A DNA stretch of 64,000 nucleotides from Lama glama. Its lineage: Eukaryota. The stretch is taken from positions 8,930,001-8,994,000 of the forward strand of contig CM052816.1 in the NCBI GenBank assembly GCA_028534125.1, given 5' to 3'. This document shows, one piece after another, positions 26,546-40,244 of this stretch. The first letter of the stretch is position 1. Every line of letters begins with the position of its first letter. Both the position numbers and the translations under genes were made by a program. The notes beneath the pieces are model-generated. The model did not search any database and was not told the DNA's origin. It worked only from the letters and a program-made list of their open reading frames with translations.

Positions 26546-27407
26546 GAACAGTCTCCCTACAAGTAGGAAACATTTTGGTTGTGGGCATAGATGTCACCTT
26601 GCTTTTTTTTGACCTGATTCATCTATACTCTTGGCCCTTATTTGCCCTGAGGACTCATCATGAGGGTGACTGCAGGACTTTGGTTTCTCTGCCTGTGCCC
26701 CTGTGCCGATCACATTGGGGGCCAGGTGAAGAGGCGAGTGGATGCTAGGGTGATAGTGAGAGGCCAGCTTTTGTGGTTAAGGCTTCTGGGTTTTATTTAT
26801 TTAGAGTCTTGCTCTAGGGCTCCTGAACAGCTTGGCAGTGACTCACAGCTCTGTATGTAAAAGCAGGTGTTTATCACTGTGTGATCAAGAGTTTTAGCAA
26901 CTCAAAGTCTGATGTGGAAGGAAGCATTTAAAATTTAATTACACATAGGGCATAACTCTGCAGACTCAATTCATAATTGCTATGAATTTTAGCAGTGCTT
27001 TGTTCCCCTTGAATTTCAAGCCCTTCTGCTCCACATTTGGCTCTGTTCAGTGGCCAGCCGCAGCTGCTGACACCTGCCACTGCCTGTCCCTGTGTTTCCA
27101 TACCAGGTGCCTGGTGAGGATGAGTGGCTCTGGGCACAGGGGAGCTGGCTGCTTGTCCTGATCTGCTCAAATGCTCAGTGGCCTGTTACCGTGGCTGCAT
27201 TTTGCAGCCACTGTATTGGCTTTAAGCTCTAATTTTCTGTGATTCCTGTGCACCTCTCCCCCCAGGTTGTGTTCTGCTTTATTAATGTAAGGTTGCCCTC
27301 CAGTGTCCAGAGAGATCATGTGCCTGGGGAAAGGGCTCCCTTCTAGAACTTGAGAAAGTTGGACACAAAATATTGCAGTGTCTGTCCAAAGAAGAAAGAT
27401 AGTTTAG

Positions 27408-27572
27408 AGCAGCACTTCTCAGACTTCACTATGTGTGTGAATCACCTGGGGGTCTTAGTGAAATATGGGTTCAGACTGAGTAGGTTGGGAGTGGGGCCTG
27501 AGATTCTGCCTTCCTGGCAAGCTCCCTGGTGACTCCCTTGCTGCTGGTTGCAGCCCACACATTGAGCAGCAA
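27408..27572. mobile_element. MER5-like DNA transposon
   Basis: gcagcacttctcagactt...gaatcacctggggg...ggggcctgagattctg...cacattgagcagca. Confidence 0.65.
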
Positions 27573-30500
27573 GACTTGGAGCAATTCTCCCTGCTTCTTG
27601 TAGGTTAACAACCACAGCGCAGGCCAGATAGTCTCCACATAACCTGCATGAATGAGAGGTGTCCTTCTAGTCCCTCTGTATGTTCCGGCTCCTGCCTTCC
27701 ACCTCTTCTAATCTCATTCTCCCCTTCATTTGCTTCACTCCAGTATATTTTAGTTCCTCAAATACACTAAGCTCTTACCCACCCCAGTGCCTTTGCAGAT
27801 GCTGTTCTCTGGCCTAGAAAACCTCCACTTTTCCCTTGAGTGCTTCGTTGTCATCCTTCAGTAACTGTATGAAGTGAGTTTCTGTCTTTTCTTCGTTTCC
27901 AGTGCCCTGTTTGTGTCTCTGTAGCAGTTATCTTTGTGTTCGTCTCTTTTTCTGTTCACTTATTTACAATCTGTTTCCTCCTCTCGACCAGAACTACATG
28001 AGAGCTCACACCTGCCTTGCACACAGTTGTATTCTCAGTGCTCCTGCCTCACAGCAGATACTCAGTAAGTAAATATTTGCTGGGCGTGTGTGTAGCCAGG
28101 GAGCAAGGGAACATTGCTGAGTATCCTTTTGCACTCTGGAGCCACCTGTCTCGAGGGGCCATGGTGGGGATGATACTTAGAAGAATCACAGAATTAGAGG
28201 TCAGGAAAGGAGCTACTTTTAAGCTGTATCTCATCATCAGAGATTTCAAAATGTGAAAAAGAAAGTATGTCTTAGAATGGATAAAATACATGAAATCTAA
28301 CATTTCTTAAACAGTTATGTCAAATTAGTTTATGACACATTAGATTAAACAAAGACACTGCAGGACTTCATAGGACTTTTGGCAATGTGCATTGTGATTC
28401 TCTGAGAAGAAGGACAGAGGCTGTGGCTGAGACACTGCAATTCACTTACCCAGAGGCCATTCCCTGTCTGCTCTGTTTCTCTTTGTCAGCAGGGTACCCA
28501 CCTCCCACTCTTGAGGCTGAAAATGCCAGTTACTCAATTTACCTGCTGTTTTTGCAGCAAGGGCGAGGGCATATTCCCTAGTCCTACCAGCAGAACCTGC
28601 GGAGAAGCCTACTGAGGACTTCTGGGGAGGCTTTTCTGATTAAAAGAAACACACAAAGGGAAATTTCTTGAATTTTTTTCCTGTTTTTCCATGCCTGGGG
28701 CTGCAGCAGTGTCTTGTAAAGATAAGGAGTCACACCTGAGGGTGGTGGAGTGGAGCGATACGAAACACCTGGGCAAGGCTGGCGGCGTGGAGAGATGCAG
28801 AGAAGCTGGGCTCCCAACACGCATTGCTGAGCTGCTGGATCGGCTGGCCATGAGCCTAGGAGCTCTGCTTGTGCAAAACGGTGTGTGTTCTCATTGTTTA
28901 AGCCACTTGTAAGACGGCCCTCTTTACTTGTAGCTGCAGGCATCCTGACTGATGAGTAACTAAACTGGCTTCTCCAGTCAGACAAGCGGGAATTGGCTTC
29001 TGGCTCCACCATGGTGTTCTGTGTCCTCTTCAAAGCTGCTCCCTCCTCTGAGAGACGCAGGTAAGAATAACGGCTACTTCTTGGGTTGTTACAGAGGCTT
29101 AAACGAGATGATGGGTGCAAAGTCCTCAGCAGAGAACTCGGCACATTGTTGGTACTGAATAATGAGGAACTTTCCATTTCTTGGAATCCGCTTCCATTTA
29201 CTTTATCAGCGTTGCATAGTTCTGAGGGTATAGGCCTTTCACTTTCTTGGTTAGGCTTATTCCTAGGTATTTTATGATTTTTTGAAGCAATTTTAAACAG
29301 GATTGTTTTTTCACTTTGTTTCATTGTTACTATAAAGAAATGCAACAGCTTTTCACCGTTGAGTATTTTGATGGGTATTTTGAGTATCGATGGATTGGGG
29401 GTGCTGATAGGGGATTTATGGTTTGTTACATATAATCCCTGAACTGTGAATTCACACGTAACTGATCAAGAGTTGATTGCGTTAGGGTTTAGCTTCTGTA
29501 AAGATCCAGATACAAATATGTTGGCTATGGGTTTGTCATAAATGGCTTTTATTATGGTGAGATATGTTCCCTCTGTAACCACTTCGGTGAGACGTTTCTT
29601 TTTTTCTTATTTGGAGTCTATGGTCAGTTACAACGTGTCAACTTCAGATGCACAGCATAATGTCCCAGACATGTATATATATAGACATGTTTGTTTTCAT
29701 ACTCGTTTTCATTAAAGGTTATTATAAGATATTGAATATAGTTCCCTGTGCTATACAGAAGAAATCTGTTTTTTATCTATTTTTATATATAGTGGTTAAC
29801 ATTTGCAAATCTCAAACTCCCAAATTTATCCCTTCCGACCCCCTTTCCCCCAGTAACCATAAGATTGTTGACTATGTCTGCGAGTCTGTTTCTGTTTTGT
29901 AGATAAGTTCATTAATGTCCTCTTTTTTTCTTTCTCTTATTTTTTTAAGATTCCACTTATAGTGATATCGTATGATATTTTTCTTTCTCTTTCTGGCTTA
30001 CTTAGAGTAACGATCTCCAGGTTCATCCTTGTTGCTGCAGAAGGCATTATTTTATTCTTTTTTTTTAATTTCTGAGTAGTATTCCATTGTATAAATATAC
30101 CACAGCTTCTTTATCCAGTCGTCTGTCGATGGACATGTAGGTTGCTTCCGTGTCTTGGCTATTGTTATATAGTGCTGCTATGAATATTGCTATGAATGTA
30201 TCTTTTCGAATTAGAGTTTCCTCTGGATATATACCCAGGAGTGGGATTGCTGGATCATATGGTAAGTCTATTTTTAGTCTTTTGAGGAATCTCCATACTG
30301 TTTTCCATAATGGCTGCACCGAACTACTTTCCCACCAGCAGTGTAGGAGGGTTCCCTTTTCTCCACACCCTCTCCCACATCTATCATTTGTGGACTTTTT
30401 AATGATGGCCACTCTGACTGGTGTGAGGTGATATATCTCATAGTAGTTTTGATTTGCATTTCTCTGATGATTAGCAATATTGAGCATTTTTTCATGTGCC

Positions 30501-33500
30501 TGTTGGCCGTTCGTGTGTCTTCACTGGATAATTGCTTGTTGTATGTCTTCTGCCCACCTTTGAACTTTGTTGTTTGTTTTTTGGTTATTAAGTTGTATGA
30601 GCTGTTTATATATTCTGGTAATTAAACCTTTGTCAGTTGCATCATTTGCAGATATTTTCTCCTGTACCATAGGTTGATGTTTTGTTTTACTTATGGTTTC
30701 CTTTGCTGTGCAAAAGCTTGTAAGTTTAATTAGGTCCAATTTGTTTATTTTTGCTTTTATTTCTATTGCCTGGGTAGACTGCCCTAGGAGAACATTGCTA
30801 AGATTTATGTCAGAGAATGTTTTGCCTGTTTTCCTCCAGCAGGTTTATAGTGTCTTATCTTATGTTTAAGTCTTTGAGCCATTTTAAGTTTATTTTTGTG
30901 TATGGTATGAGGGAGAGTTCTAACTAACTTCATTGAATTACATGCAGCTGTCCAGTTTTCCCATCACGACTTGCTGAAGAGACAGTCTTTTCTCCATTGT
31001 ATATTCTTACCTCCTTTGTCGAAGATTAATTGACCAAAAGTCTGTGGGTTTATTTCTGGGGTCTCTATTCTGTTCCATTGATCCATATGTCTGTTTTTAT
31101 GCCAGTACCATGCTGTGTTGATGACTGTAACTGTGTAGTATTATCTGAAGTCTGGGAGGGTTATTCCTCCAGTTTTGTTCTTTTCCTTCAGTATTGCTTT
31201 GGCAATTCTGGGTCTTTTGTGATTCCATGTAAAATTTAGGATTATTTGTTCTTGTTCTGTGAAAAATGTCCTGGGTAATTTGATAGGGATGGCATTAAAC
31301 CTATAGATTGCTTTTAGGAGTATGGCCAGGTTACCAGTATTGATTTTTCCAGTCCAAGAGCTTAGGATCTCTTTTCATTTCTTTAAGTCAGCTTTAATTT
31401 CCTTAATCAGCATTTTGTAGTTCTCCTTGTGTAAGTTTTTCCCCTCCTTGGTCAGATTTTTTTCTAAGCATTTTATTGTTTTTTAATGTGATGTGAGTTC
31501 AAAAGGGATTGTTTCTTTACTCTCTCTCTCTCTGATATTTCTTTGTTAGTGGAATGAAGTGCAACATATTTCTGTATGTTAATCTTGTATCCTGTTACCT
31601 CGCTGGATTCTTTTATCAGCTTTAGTAGTTTTTGTGTGGAGCTTTTAAGGTTTTCTATATATAGTATCATGTCATCTGCATATAGTGATAATTTTACCTC
31701 TTCTCTTCCAATTTGGATCCCTGTTTATTTCTTTTCCTTGTCTGATTGCTGTGGCTAGGACTTCAAAACTATATTGATTTGAAGTGGTGAGAGTGGGCAT
31801 CCTTGTCTTATTCCAAATTTTAGTGGGAAGGCCTTTGGTTTTTCACCATTGAGTATTATGCTTGCTGTCGGTGTGCCATAAATAGCTTTTATTATGTTAT
31901 GTTCCCTCTATACCCACTTTGGTAAGAGCTTTCATCATAATTGGGTGTTGAATTTTATAAAATTCTTTTCCTGCATCTATTGAAATGATCATGTGATTTT
32001 TTGTTCTTTCTCTTGTAGATACGGTATATATCACATTGATTGATTTACATATGTTGAACCATCCTTATGTCCCTGGGAGGAATCCAACTTGATCGTGGTG
32101 TATGATCTTTTTTAGTGTGTTGTTGGATTCTGTTTGGTAATATTTTGTTGAAGATTTTTGCATCTATGCTCATCATTGATACTGGCCTGTAATTTTTTGG
32201 GGGAGTAGTGTCTTTGTCTGGTTTTGGTATCAGGGTGATGGTGGCTTCACAGAATGAGTTTGGGGGTATTCCCTCCTTTTTAAAGTTTTGGAAGAGTTTG
32301 AGAAGGATCAGTATGAGTTCTTTGTATGTTTGGTGGAATTCTCCAGGGAAGGCATCTGGTCCTGGACTTCTGTTTGAAGGGAGACTTTTTATTGCTGATT
32401 CGATTTCATTTCTAGTGATCATTATGTCCAAGTAGTCTACTTCTTCTTGATTAAGTCTTGGTGGAGTGTATGTTTACAGAAGCTTGTCCATTTCTTCTAG
32501 GTGGTCCAATTTGTTTCCATATTTTATTTATATATATATATATATTTATACACACACACATATACATATACACCATATATATCTCTTACAGTTTTTTGTA
32601 TTTCTGCAGTATTGGGGGTTGTAATTTCTCCATTGTCCTTTCTTATTTTGTTTATTTGTGTCCTCTCTCTTTTCTTCTAGATGAGCCTGGTAAGAGGTTT
32701 GTCAGTTTTGTTTACTCTTTCAGAAAACCAGTCTTGGTTTGATTGATTTTTTTCTATTTTTTAATCTCTATTTTATTTATTTCCTCCCTGATCTTTATTA
32801 TTTCCTTCCTTCTGCTGACTTTAGGTTTTGTTTGTTCTTCTTTTTCTAATTCTTTTAGGTGATACGTAAGGTTGTTTACTTGAGATTGTTCTTACTTTTG
32901 AGGAAGGCCTGTATAGCTATGAACTTCCCCTCTTAGGACTTTTGTTTTTGCTGCATCCCATAGATTATGTATGGTTGTGTTTTAATTGTTTGTCTCAAAG
33001 TATTTTTTAATTTCTTCTTTTATTTCATTTTTGACTCATTGGTTTTCTTTTTTTTTAATTGAAGTACAGTCAATTACAATGTGTCTATCTCTAGTGTACA
33101 GCACAATATCCCAGTCATGCACATATATAAATATATTCATTTAAAATTTTTTTCTATTAAAGGTTATTGCAAGATATTGAGCATAGTTCCTTGTGCTATA
33201 CAAAAGAAACTTTTCTAAAAAATTTGTTTTTATATATAGTGGGTAACATTTGTAAATCTCAAATTCCCAAATTTATCCTGTCCCACCCCCTTTCCCCCTA
33301 AGATTGTTTACTAAGTCTACGAGTCTTTCTGTTTTGTAGATGAGTTCATGGTGTCCCTTTTTTTTTTTTTTAAGATACCACATATGAGTGATATCATATG
33401 GTATTTTTCTTTTTCTTTCTGGCTTACTTCACTTAGAATGATGATCTCTAGGTCCATGCATGTTGCTGCAAATGGCATGGTTCTATTCTTTTTGATGGCC

Positions 33501-34208
33501 AAGTAGTATTCCATTATATAAATATGCCACAACTTCTTTACCCAGTCATCTGTCGATGGACATTTAGGTTGTTTCCATGTCTTGGCTATTGTGTATGGTG
33601 CTGCTGTGAACATTGGGGTGCAGGTATCTTTTGTTTGTTTGTTTGTTTTAATAGACTTTTTTTTTTTTTAGAGCAGTTACAGGTTTACGGCAGAATTGAG
33701 CAGAAAATACAGAGTTCCCACATAGCCCTCACTACCCACATATACCCAACATCCCTCATCACTGTGACATATTTGGTGCAATTAGTGAACCAACATGGAC
33801 ACATTATTATCAACAAAATTCCATAGTTTACATTAGGGTTCACTCTTGATGTTGTACATTCTATGGACTTTGACAAATGCATAATGACATGTAGCCACCA
33901 CTGTAGTATCATACAGAGTAATTTCATCATCCTAAAAATCCTTTGTGCTCCATCTATTCATCCCTCCCTCCCCGCTGGAGACCATGATCTTATTATTGTT
34001 TCTGTACCTGTGCCTTTTCCAAAATGTCATTTGGTTGGAATTGAACAGTTTGTAGCCTCTTCTGACTGGCTTCTTTCATTTAGTAATATGTCTTTTAAGT
34101 TTCTTCCATGTCTTTCATGGCTTGATAGCTCATTTTTTTTCACTGCACATATATTTTTAAATTTACATATATGTACTGTTCATTGTTTCTAAGAACGTTT
34201 AGAGCTTT

Positions 34209-34308
34209 NNNNNNNNNNNNNNNNNNNNNNNNNNNNNNNNNNNNNNNNNNNNNNNNNNNNNNNNNNNNNNNNNNNNNNNNNNNNNNNNNNNNNNNNNNNN
34301 NNNNNNNN
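34209..34308. other. Assembly gap (100 N) with the same 93 bp on both sides
   Basis: 34116-34208 is identical to 34309-34401. Confidence 0.97.
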
Positions 34309-35024
34309 CATGGCTTGATAGCTCATTTTTTTTCACTGCACATATATTTTTAAATTTACATATATGTACTGTTCATTGTTTCTAAGAACGTTTAGAGCTT
34401 TAGCTTTTTAAACTTTCATAGTTATCAAAGGAATAAAGCCAACCACAAAATAAAAATTAATTCAAAAAGATATATACACCTTGCTACATTATTTATAATT
34501 GCCAAGATACAGAAGCATCCTAAGTGCACATTAATAGTTGAATGGATAATGAAGATGCAGCATACATATATGTAATGGAATACAACCCACCATAAGAAAG
34601 AAGGATACTTTGCCATTTGTGGACCTTTATTCACTTTTTTTTCCACTTCAAAAACCATAATTTTATAACCTACATAAACATTTCCAATACATCAAAAACA
34701 ACAAAATACCTAGCAATAACTTAACCAAGAAGGTTACCTATATTCTGAAAACCAAAATGACACAAAGAAATGGAAAGATTTCTTGTGCTTTTGGATTGGA
34801 AGAATCAACACTATTAAAATGGCCACACTACCCAAAGCAATCCACAGATCCAGCGCAACTCCCATCAAAATACTCACGACATTCCTCACAGAACTAGAAC
34901 AAACAATTCCAAAGTTTATAAGGACCACAAAAGACCCCAGACAGCCAAAGCAATCTTTTGTAGGTCTTTTTTTTTTTCTTTCCTTTCTTTCTTCTTTTTG
35001 TTCTCTTTTCTTATGGTTTGATGA

Positions 35025-35900
35025 CTAGAGAAGGTCCTTTAAGATCTGTTGTAAAGCTGGTTTGGTGGTGCTGAAATCTTTTAGCTTTTGTTTATCTGTG
35101 AAGTTTTTGATTTCTCCATCAAGTCTGAACAAGAGCTTTGCGGGATAAAGTATTCTTGGTTGTAAGTTTTCCCCTTGCATCACTTTAATATATTGTGCCA
35201 CTCCCTTCTGGCCTGTAGAGTTTCTGCTGAAAAAGCAGCTGATAACCTTATGGGAGTTCCCTTGTATGTTATTTGTTGCTTTTTTCTTGCTGATTTTAAT
35301 ATTTTCTCCTTATCCTTAATTTTTGTCAATTTGATGACTATATGCCTTGGTGTGTTCTTTGGGTTGAACCTGTGTGGTACTCTCTGCACTTCCTGGACTT
35401 GGGTGACTGTTCCCTTTCCCAAGTTGGGGAAGTTTTCAGTGATTATCTCTCCAGAAATTTTCTCAGCTCCTTTCTCTCTCTCTTCTCTTTCTGGGACTCC
35501 TATAATGTGAATATTTGAGCGCTTTATGTTGTTCCAGAGTTCTCTTAAATTATCCTCATTCCTTTTTATTCTTTTTTCTGTTTTCTGAAGTAGCGGTTTC
35601 CACTAATCTGTCTTCTAGCTCACTGATCCATTCTTCTGCTTCATTTAGTCTATTCTTGGTTCCTTCATGTGTTACTCATTTCAGTGATTTTGTTCTTCAA
35701 CTCTGGGTATTCTTTATATTTTCCAACTCTTTGCTAAAGACTTTGCTATGTGCATCTATACTCCTCTTGATTTCTCTGAACATCTTGGCCATCATTACTT
35801 TAAACTCTTTCTCAGATAAATTGCTTATCTCCTCATCACTTACTTCTTCTGGGATTTTATCTTGTGCCTTGGGCTAGGAAATATTCCTTTGCCGCCTCAT
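35025..35900 (-). pseudogene. Disrupted L1 ORF1
   Basis: Starts MRRQRNIS*, contains ORF1 RRM/CTD motifs, ends LQQILKDLL*. Confidence 0.85.
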
Positions 35901-38900
35901 ATTGTCTTTCTATGTGTTTGTGGATTCCTTCCACAGGCTTTGGGATTGTAGTTTTCTTATTTCTAGTATCTGCCCCTGGTGGATGAGGATGGACTAGAGG
36001 CTTATGCAGGGTTCCTGGCAGGAGGAGCAGGTGCCTGGCCACTGATTGGTGAAGCTTGGTCCTGGGTCTCTGGTGGGTAGGGCCCTGTCTACAGGCCTTT
36101 GTGGCTTAGGAAATCTGATGGGTGGGGCTGTGTTCCCTCTCTGTATGTTGTTTGGCCTGAGGCTTCCCTGCAGGCTATTGGGTGGAGCTAGGTCTTGGTG
36201 CTAATGATCCAATCAAGATGGCAGCCTCCAGGAAAGCTCATGTAGATTAACACTCCCAGAATGTCCGCCATCAGCTTTTATGTCCCCTGGGTGAGCCACA
36301 GCCATCCCCCATGTCCCCAGAAGACCATCCAAATCCAGCAAGCAGGCCTGGCCCAGGTTCCTACGAAGTCACTGCCTCTGGTACTTGGACCTGGCGCACA
36401 TGAGATTCCATGTATGCTTCCCACACGAATGGAGTCTCTGTTTCCCCCAGTCCCATGGGACTCCTGGCACCAAGACTAACTGGCCTTCAAGACCAGATGT
36501 CGTGGGGTCTCCTTCTCTTCCCAGTGCCAGAACCTGAGCTGGGAAGCCTGACGTGGGGCTTAGGGTTCTCGCTCCTGTGGGAGGGCCTCTATGACTTAAC
36601 TATTCTTCAGCTTGTGGGTTGTCCACCTGGGAGGTATGGGGCCCAATTATATCACAAGCATGCCCCTCCTACCATCCTGCTGTGGTTCCTTTCCCTCTGT
36701 ATGTTTCCAGTTACAGAAGATCTTTTTTGCTAGGTTCCAGTCTTTTTTTTGGATGGTTGTTTAGCACTCAGTTGTGGATTTGTTGTAGTCATGAGGAGAG
36801 GTGAGCTAGCGATCCTATCACACCGCCATCTTGACTGGAAGTCTCTATCTTTCTGAATTAGAGTTGCCTGCAGATATCGCCCAGGAGTGGGATTGCTGGA
36901 TCATATGGTAAGTCTGTTGATTCATGTATGTTGAACCATCCTTGTGATCCTGGAATTAATTCAACGTGATCATGGTATATGATCCTTTTTATGTATTGTT
37001 GGATTCAGTTTTCTTATACTTTGTTGAGGATTTTTGCATCTATATTCATCAGATACTGGCCTGTAATTTTCTTTCTCTGTAGTGTTTTGGTTTTGGTCTG
37101 GATTGATGGTGGCTTCATAGAATGACTTTGGGAGTGTTCCCTCCTCTTCAGTCTTTTGGAAGAGTTTGAGAAGGATAGGTCTAAGTTCTTCTTTGTATAT
37201 TTTGTAGAATTTTCCAGTAAAGCGATCTGATCGTGGACTTTTGTTTGAAGGGAGTTTTTAAATTATAGATTCTATTTCACTTCAAGTGATTGGTCTCTTC
37301 AAGTTATCTGTTTCTTCTTGACTTGATTTTGGCAGGCTGTATATTTCTAGAAATGTCCATTTCTTCTAGGTTGTCCAATGTGTTGCCATATAAGTGTTTA
37401 TACTAATTTCTTATAGTTTTTTTTTGTATTTCTGTGGTGTTGGTTGTAATTTACCTCTTTTATTTCTTATTTTGTTTATTTGGGTCCTATCTCTTTTACT
37501 TGGTGAACCTGCTTAGAGGTTTGTTGATTTTGTTTATCCTTTTTAAAAAACCACCTCTTGGTTTTAGTCATCTGTTCTATTTTTTTGTCTCTATTTTATT
37601 TATTTCCCCTCTGATCTTTATTATTTCCTTCCTTCTGCTGACTTTGGGTTTTGTTTGTTCTTTTTCTGACTCTTTTAGGTGGTAGGTTATGTTATTTATT
37701 TCAGATTTTTCTTGTTTTTTGAGGAAGGCCTCTATATCTCTGAACTTCCCTCTTAGAGCAGCTTTTGCTGCATCCCATAGATATTGTAAGGCTGTGTTTT
37801 CATTGCCATTTATCTCGGGGTATTTCCTTATTTCTTCTTTGATTTCATCATTGACTTTTTTTTTAAGTAGTATGTTGTTTAGTCTCCATGTGGTCTTTTT
37901 TTCCCTGTTTCTCTTTCTGTGGTTAATTTCTAGTTTCATAATGTTGTGGTCAGAGAAGATGCTTGAAATAATTTTATTTCCTTTAAATTTGTTGAGGCTT
38001 GTTGTGTGTCCTAGTATGTTGTCTATCCTAAAGAATGTTCCATGCATACTTGAAAAGAATGTGTATTTTGCTTTTCTTGGATGTAGTGTCCTGTCAATAC
38101 CAATTTAGTCTAGCTGTTTTATCATGTCATTTAGTATCTTTGTCGCCTTATTGATTTTTGTCTGGAAGATCTGCCTTTTTATCTTGGCATTTGAGTTGTC
38201 TAGTTTTCACTGGTTCCTCTTATAGTTTCTAGTTCCTTGTTAGAGTGATCTGCATTTCTATTGATAATCTTTCTTAATTCATTTAGCATTTTTTATTACC
38301 TCCTTTTTGAACTTGGGATCTAGTAGACTAGAGAGGTCTGTTTTATTGTTTGCTCTTTCAGGGGATTTTTCTTGTTCTTTTAATTGGGAGTAGTTCCTCT
38401 GCCTTTTCATTTTACTTAAATTTCTCTGTCTCTGAATTTAGGAGAAAAAATTACCTACTGTGGTCTTGAAGGTCTGTTTTTGTGTGGGAGTGTCTTTGTG
38501 TAGACTGTGTGAGTCCAGTATTTTTGGCATGGATGCTTGCTGTATCTTTCCTCAGAGTGTGCTGGCCTGTTATCCCCTTGATAGGGAGTGTGATTGGTGC
38601 TGTGACCAGAGCCTGCTCTAGAAGTTGGGTGGGGCCTCCTCTTTGTTCTGTGGCTGTCAGAACCCTGTCAAGAGTGAGGTTTGATCCCCAGTTGTTGGAG
38701 TAGAAGCTCGAGGGTCACATTCATTGAGGCTCTGTTGCGTGTAAGTGTGTGCTCTGTCCTCAGTGAGGTGAGTGTTGAAGCAAGTAAAGCCCATCTGATC
38801 ACTGTGATACTATGAGTTGCCAGCGCAGGCGTCCTCAGTTTTGCCCAGAAGCAGCCCAAGGTCACATCCCCTTCTCCATTGTGTTCGTCTGAAACATAGT

Positions 38901-40244
38901 GTTAGGCTGGTGCTGGAGACTGGGGTGTTGTGGTTGCAGGAATCAAGGTGGTTGGGCTGCTGCCTAGAATCTGGGCTGCCTCTTTGATAGAACTCTTCCA
39001 GGGCTGGTCTGCCCCAGATCTGGCTCCAAGCTGCAGTGTGAGGTAGGCAGGCCTGGAGCACTTCCACTGGGAGAGGTACTGCTGTGTACTCCTCCCCAGG
39101 CACTGTCCACTGGGGTGAGTCTGTGATGCCACACCACCTGGTGTGTGTGCCAGCATAGTCCACTGATGATGGACCTTCCCTCGGACCTACCCTTCCAGTG
39201 GGAACCCTGATAACCAGCTCTGAGGTCAGCCCCATCCCTGCCACATGCAGGCTCACTGAGCCTGCTGCCATTGGTGCCACCAACAGTGGGGCTCATATGG
39301 TGGGCCCATGCCCCATGCTGCCTGCTGACATTGGGGCTCCTGTGGGGGACCTGTGCCCTGCCCTCCACATGCTAACAGTGGCAGCCCAGGTCACACTCCA
39401 GGCCCCTTGGGCTCTCTATAGACCAATTCTGCAGCTAGACCAGGTCCTCTCCCATGGTCCATCTGCTGAAGCCCAAGTTTCAGCACCTAGCTGCTGCGCA
39501 TACTAGCATCATCCTTGCCTGGAGCAGGTTTCTGGGGTGAGACGTGTGGTGATGTGGCAGCCATTATGTGCTGGTTTCTCTCTGCCTTGATTGCTAGCAA
39601 GCCAGCATCCACACACTCCTCATGAGCAGAAACCAGGCTCCTTCAACTCCCTATCTGTCCTGGTTGACCTCCCAGCTGGTGAAGGGGGTTTCCAGGGAGA
39701 GGGAACCTTTCCTGTCACAGCTCCTTCTCATGGGTGCTGGTCTCTTCCCAGTGCCTTTTTTTCCTTCGTCCTGCCCTGTTACATGGGGATCTTTCTTGCA
39801 GCTTTGGTTGTATAAGAGATCTTATGCCAGTTTTCAGTTGGTTTTCTGTGAGAATTTTTCCACATGTAGATATATTTTTGATGTGTGTATGTGGGGAGGT
39901 GAGCTCCATGTGCTTCTACTCCCCATCTTGACCTCCTCCCTCTTGTGTTTGTCAGTAACTGCAGCACTGAATCAGACGAGGTCAGTGCAGAGGTCGGGCA
40001 GTTTCTGGCTTACTGAGGATGAGAACTCTGACACTCACCGTGCTTCCCCACCTCCAGGTTCACTGCCTCTTGGAAGTTGCTGGCTCACCTTGGTCTTGCT
40101 GTTCTTATTTTTTGATCACAGAACCTTAGTTGTTATGGGAATATCCTCCTCGGTCCTGCAGGACCCCATGTTCTGCAGGGAGCAATCTGGGTAATGCTTA
40201 CCTTGTCAAATTTGCTTCCAGAAAGAGAAACCAAGGCCAAGGGC

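Larger units (their letters stand above)
29170..39940 (-). mobile_element. Nested cluster of decayed LINE-1 copies, mostly minus strand, with three 3' ends (~29598, ~33047, ~33632), two 5' ends (~36843, ~39940) and one inverted piece (~34440-34953)
   Basis: ORF2 fragments: endonuclease FRIDNILGH/FSDHN (37577-38047), RT-region [26 protein letters not shown]-terminal [19 protein letters not shown]1 fragment TPRHIVIKL/ITYKGTPIRLSAAFSAETLQARREW; many stops and frameshifts. Confidence 0.95.

Noticed and set aside
28584..29345. 253-aa minus-strand ORF
   Set aside because: N-terminus is a frameshifted L1 ORF2 remnant running into MIR-like and unique DNA; no coherent domain
29598..39940. Active LINE-1
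   Set aside because: All copies have stops, frameshifts, large deletions or nested insertions
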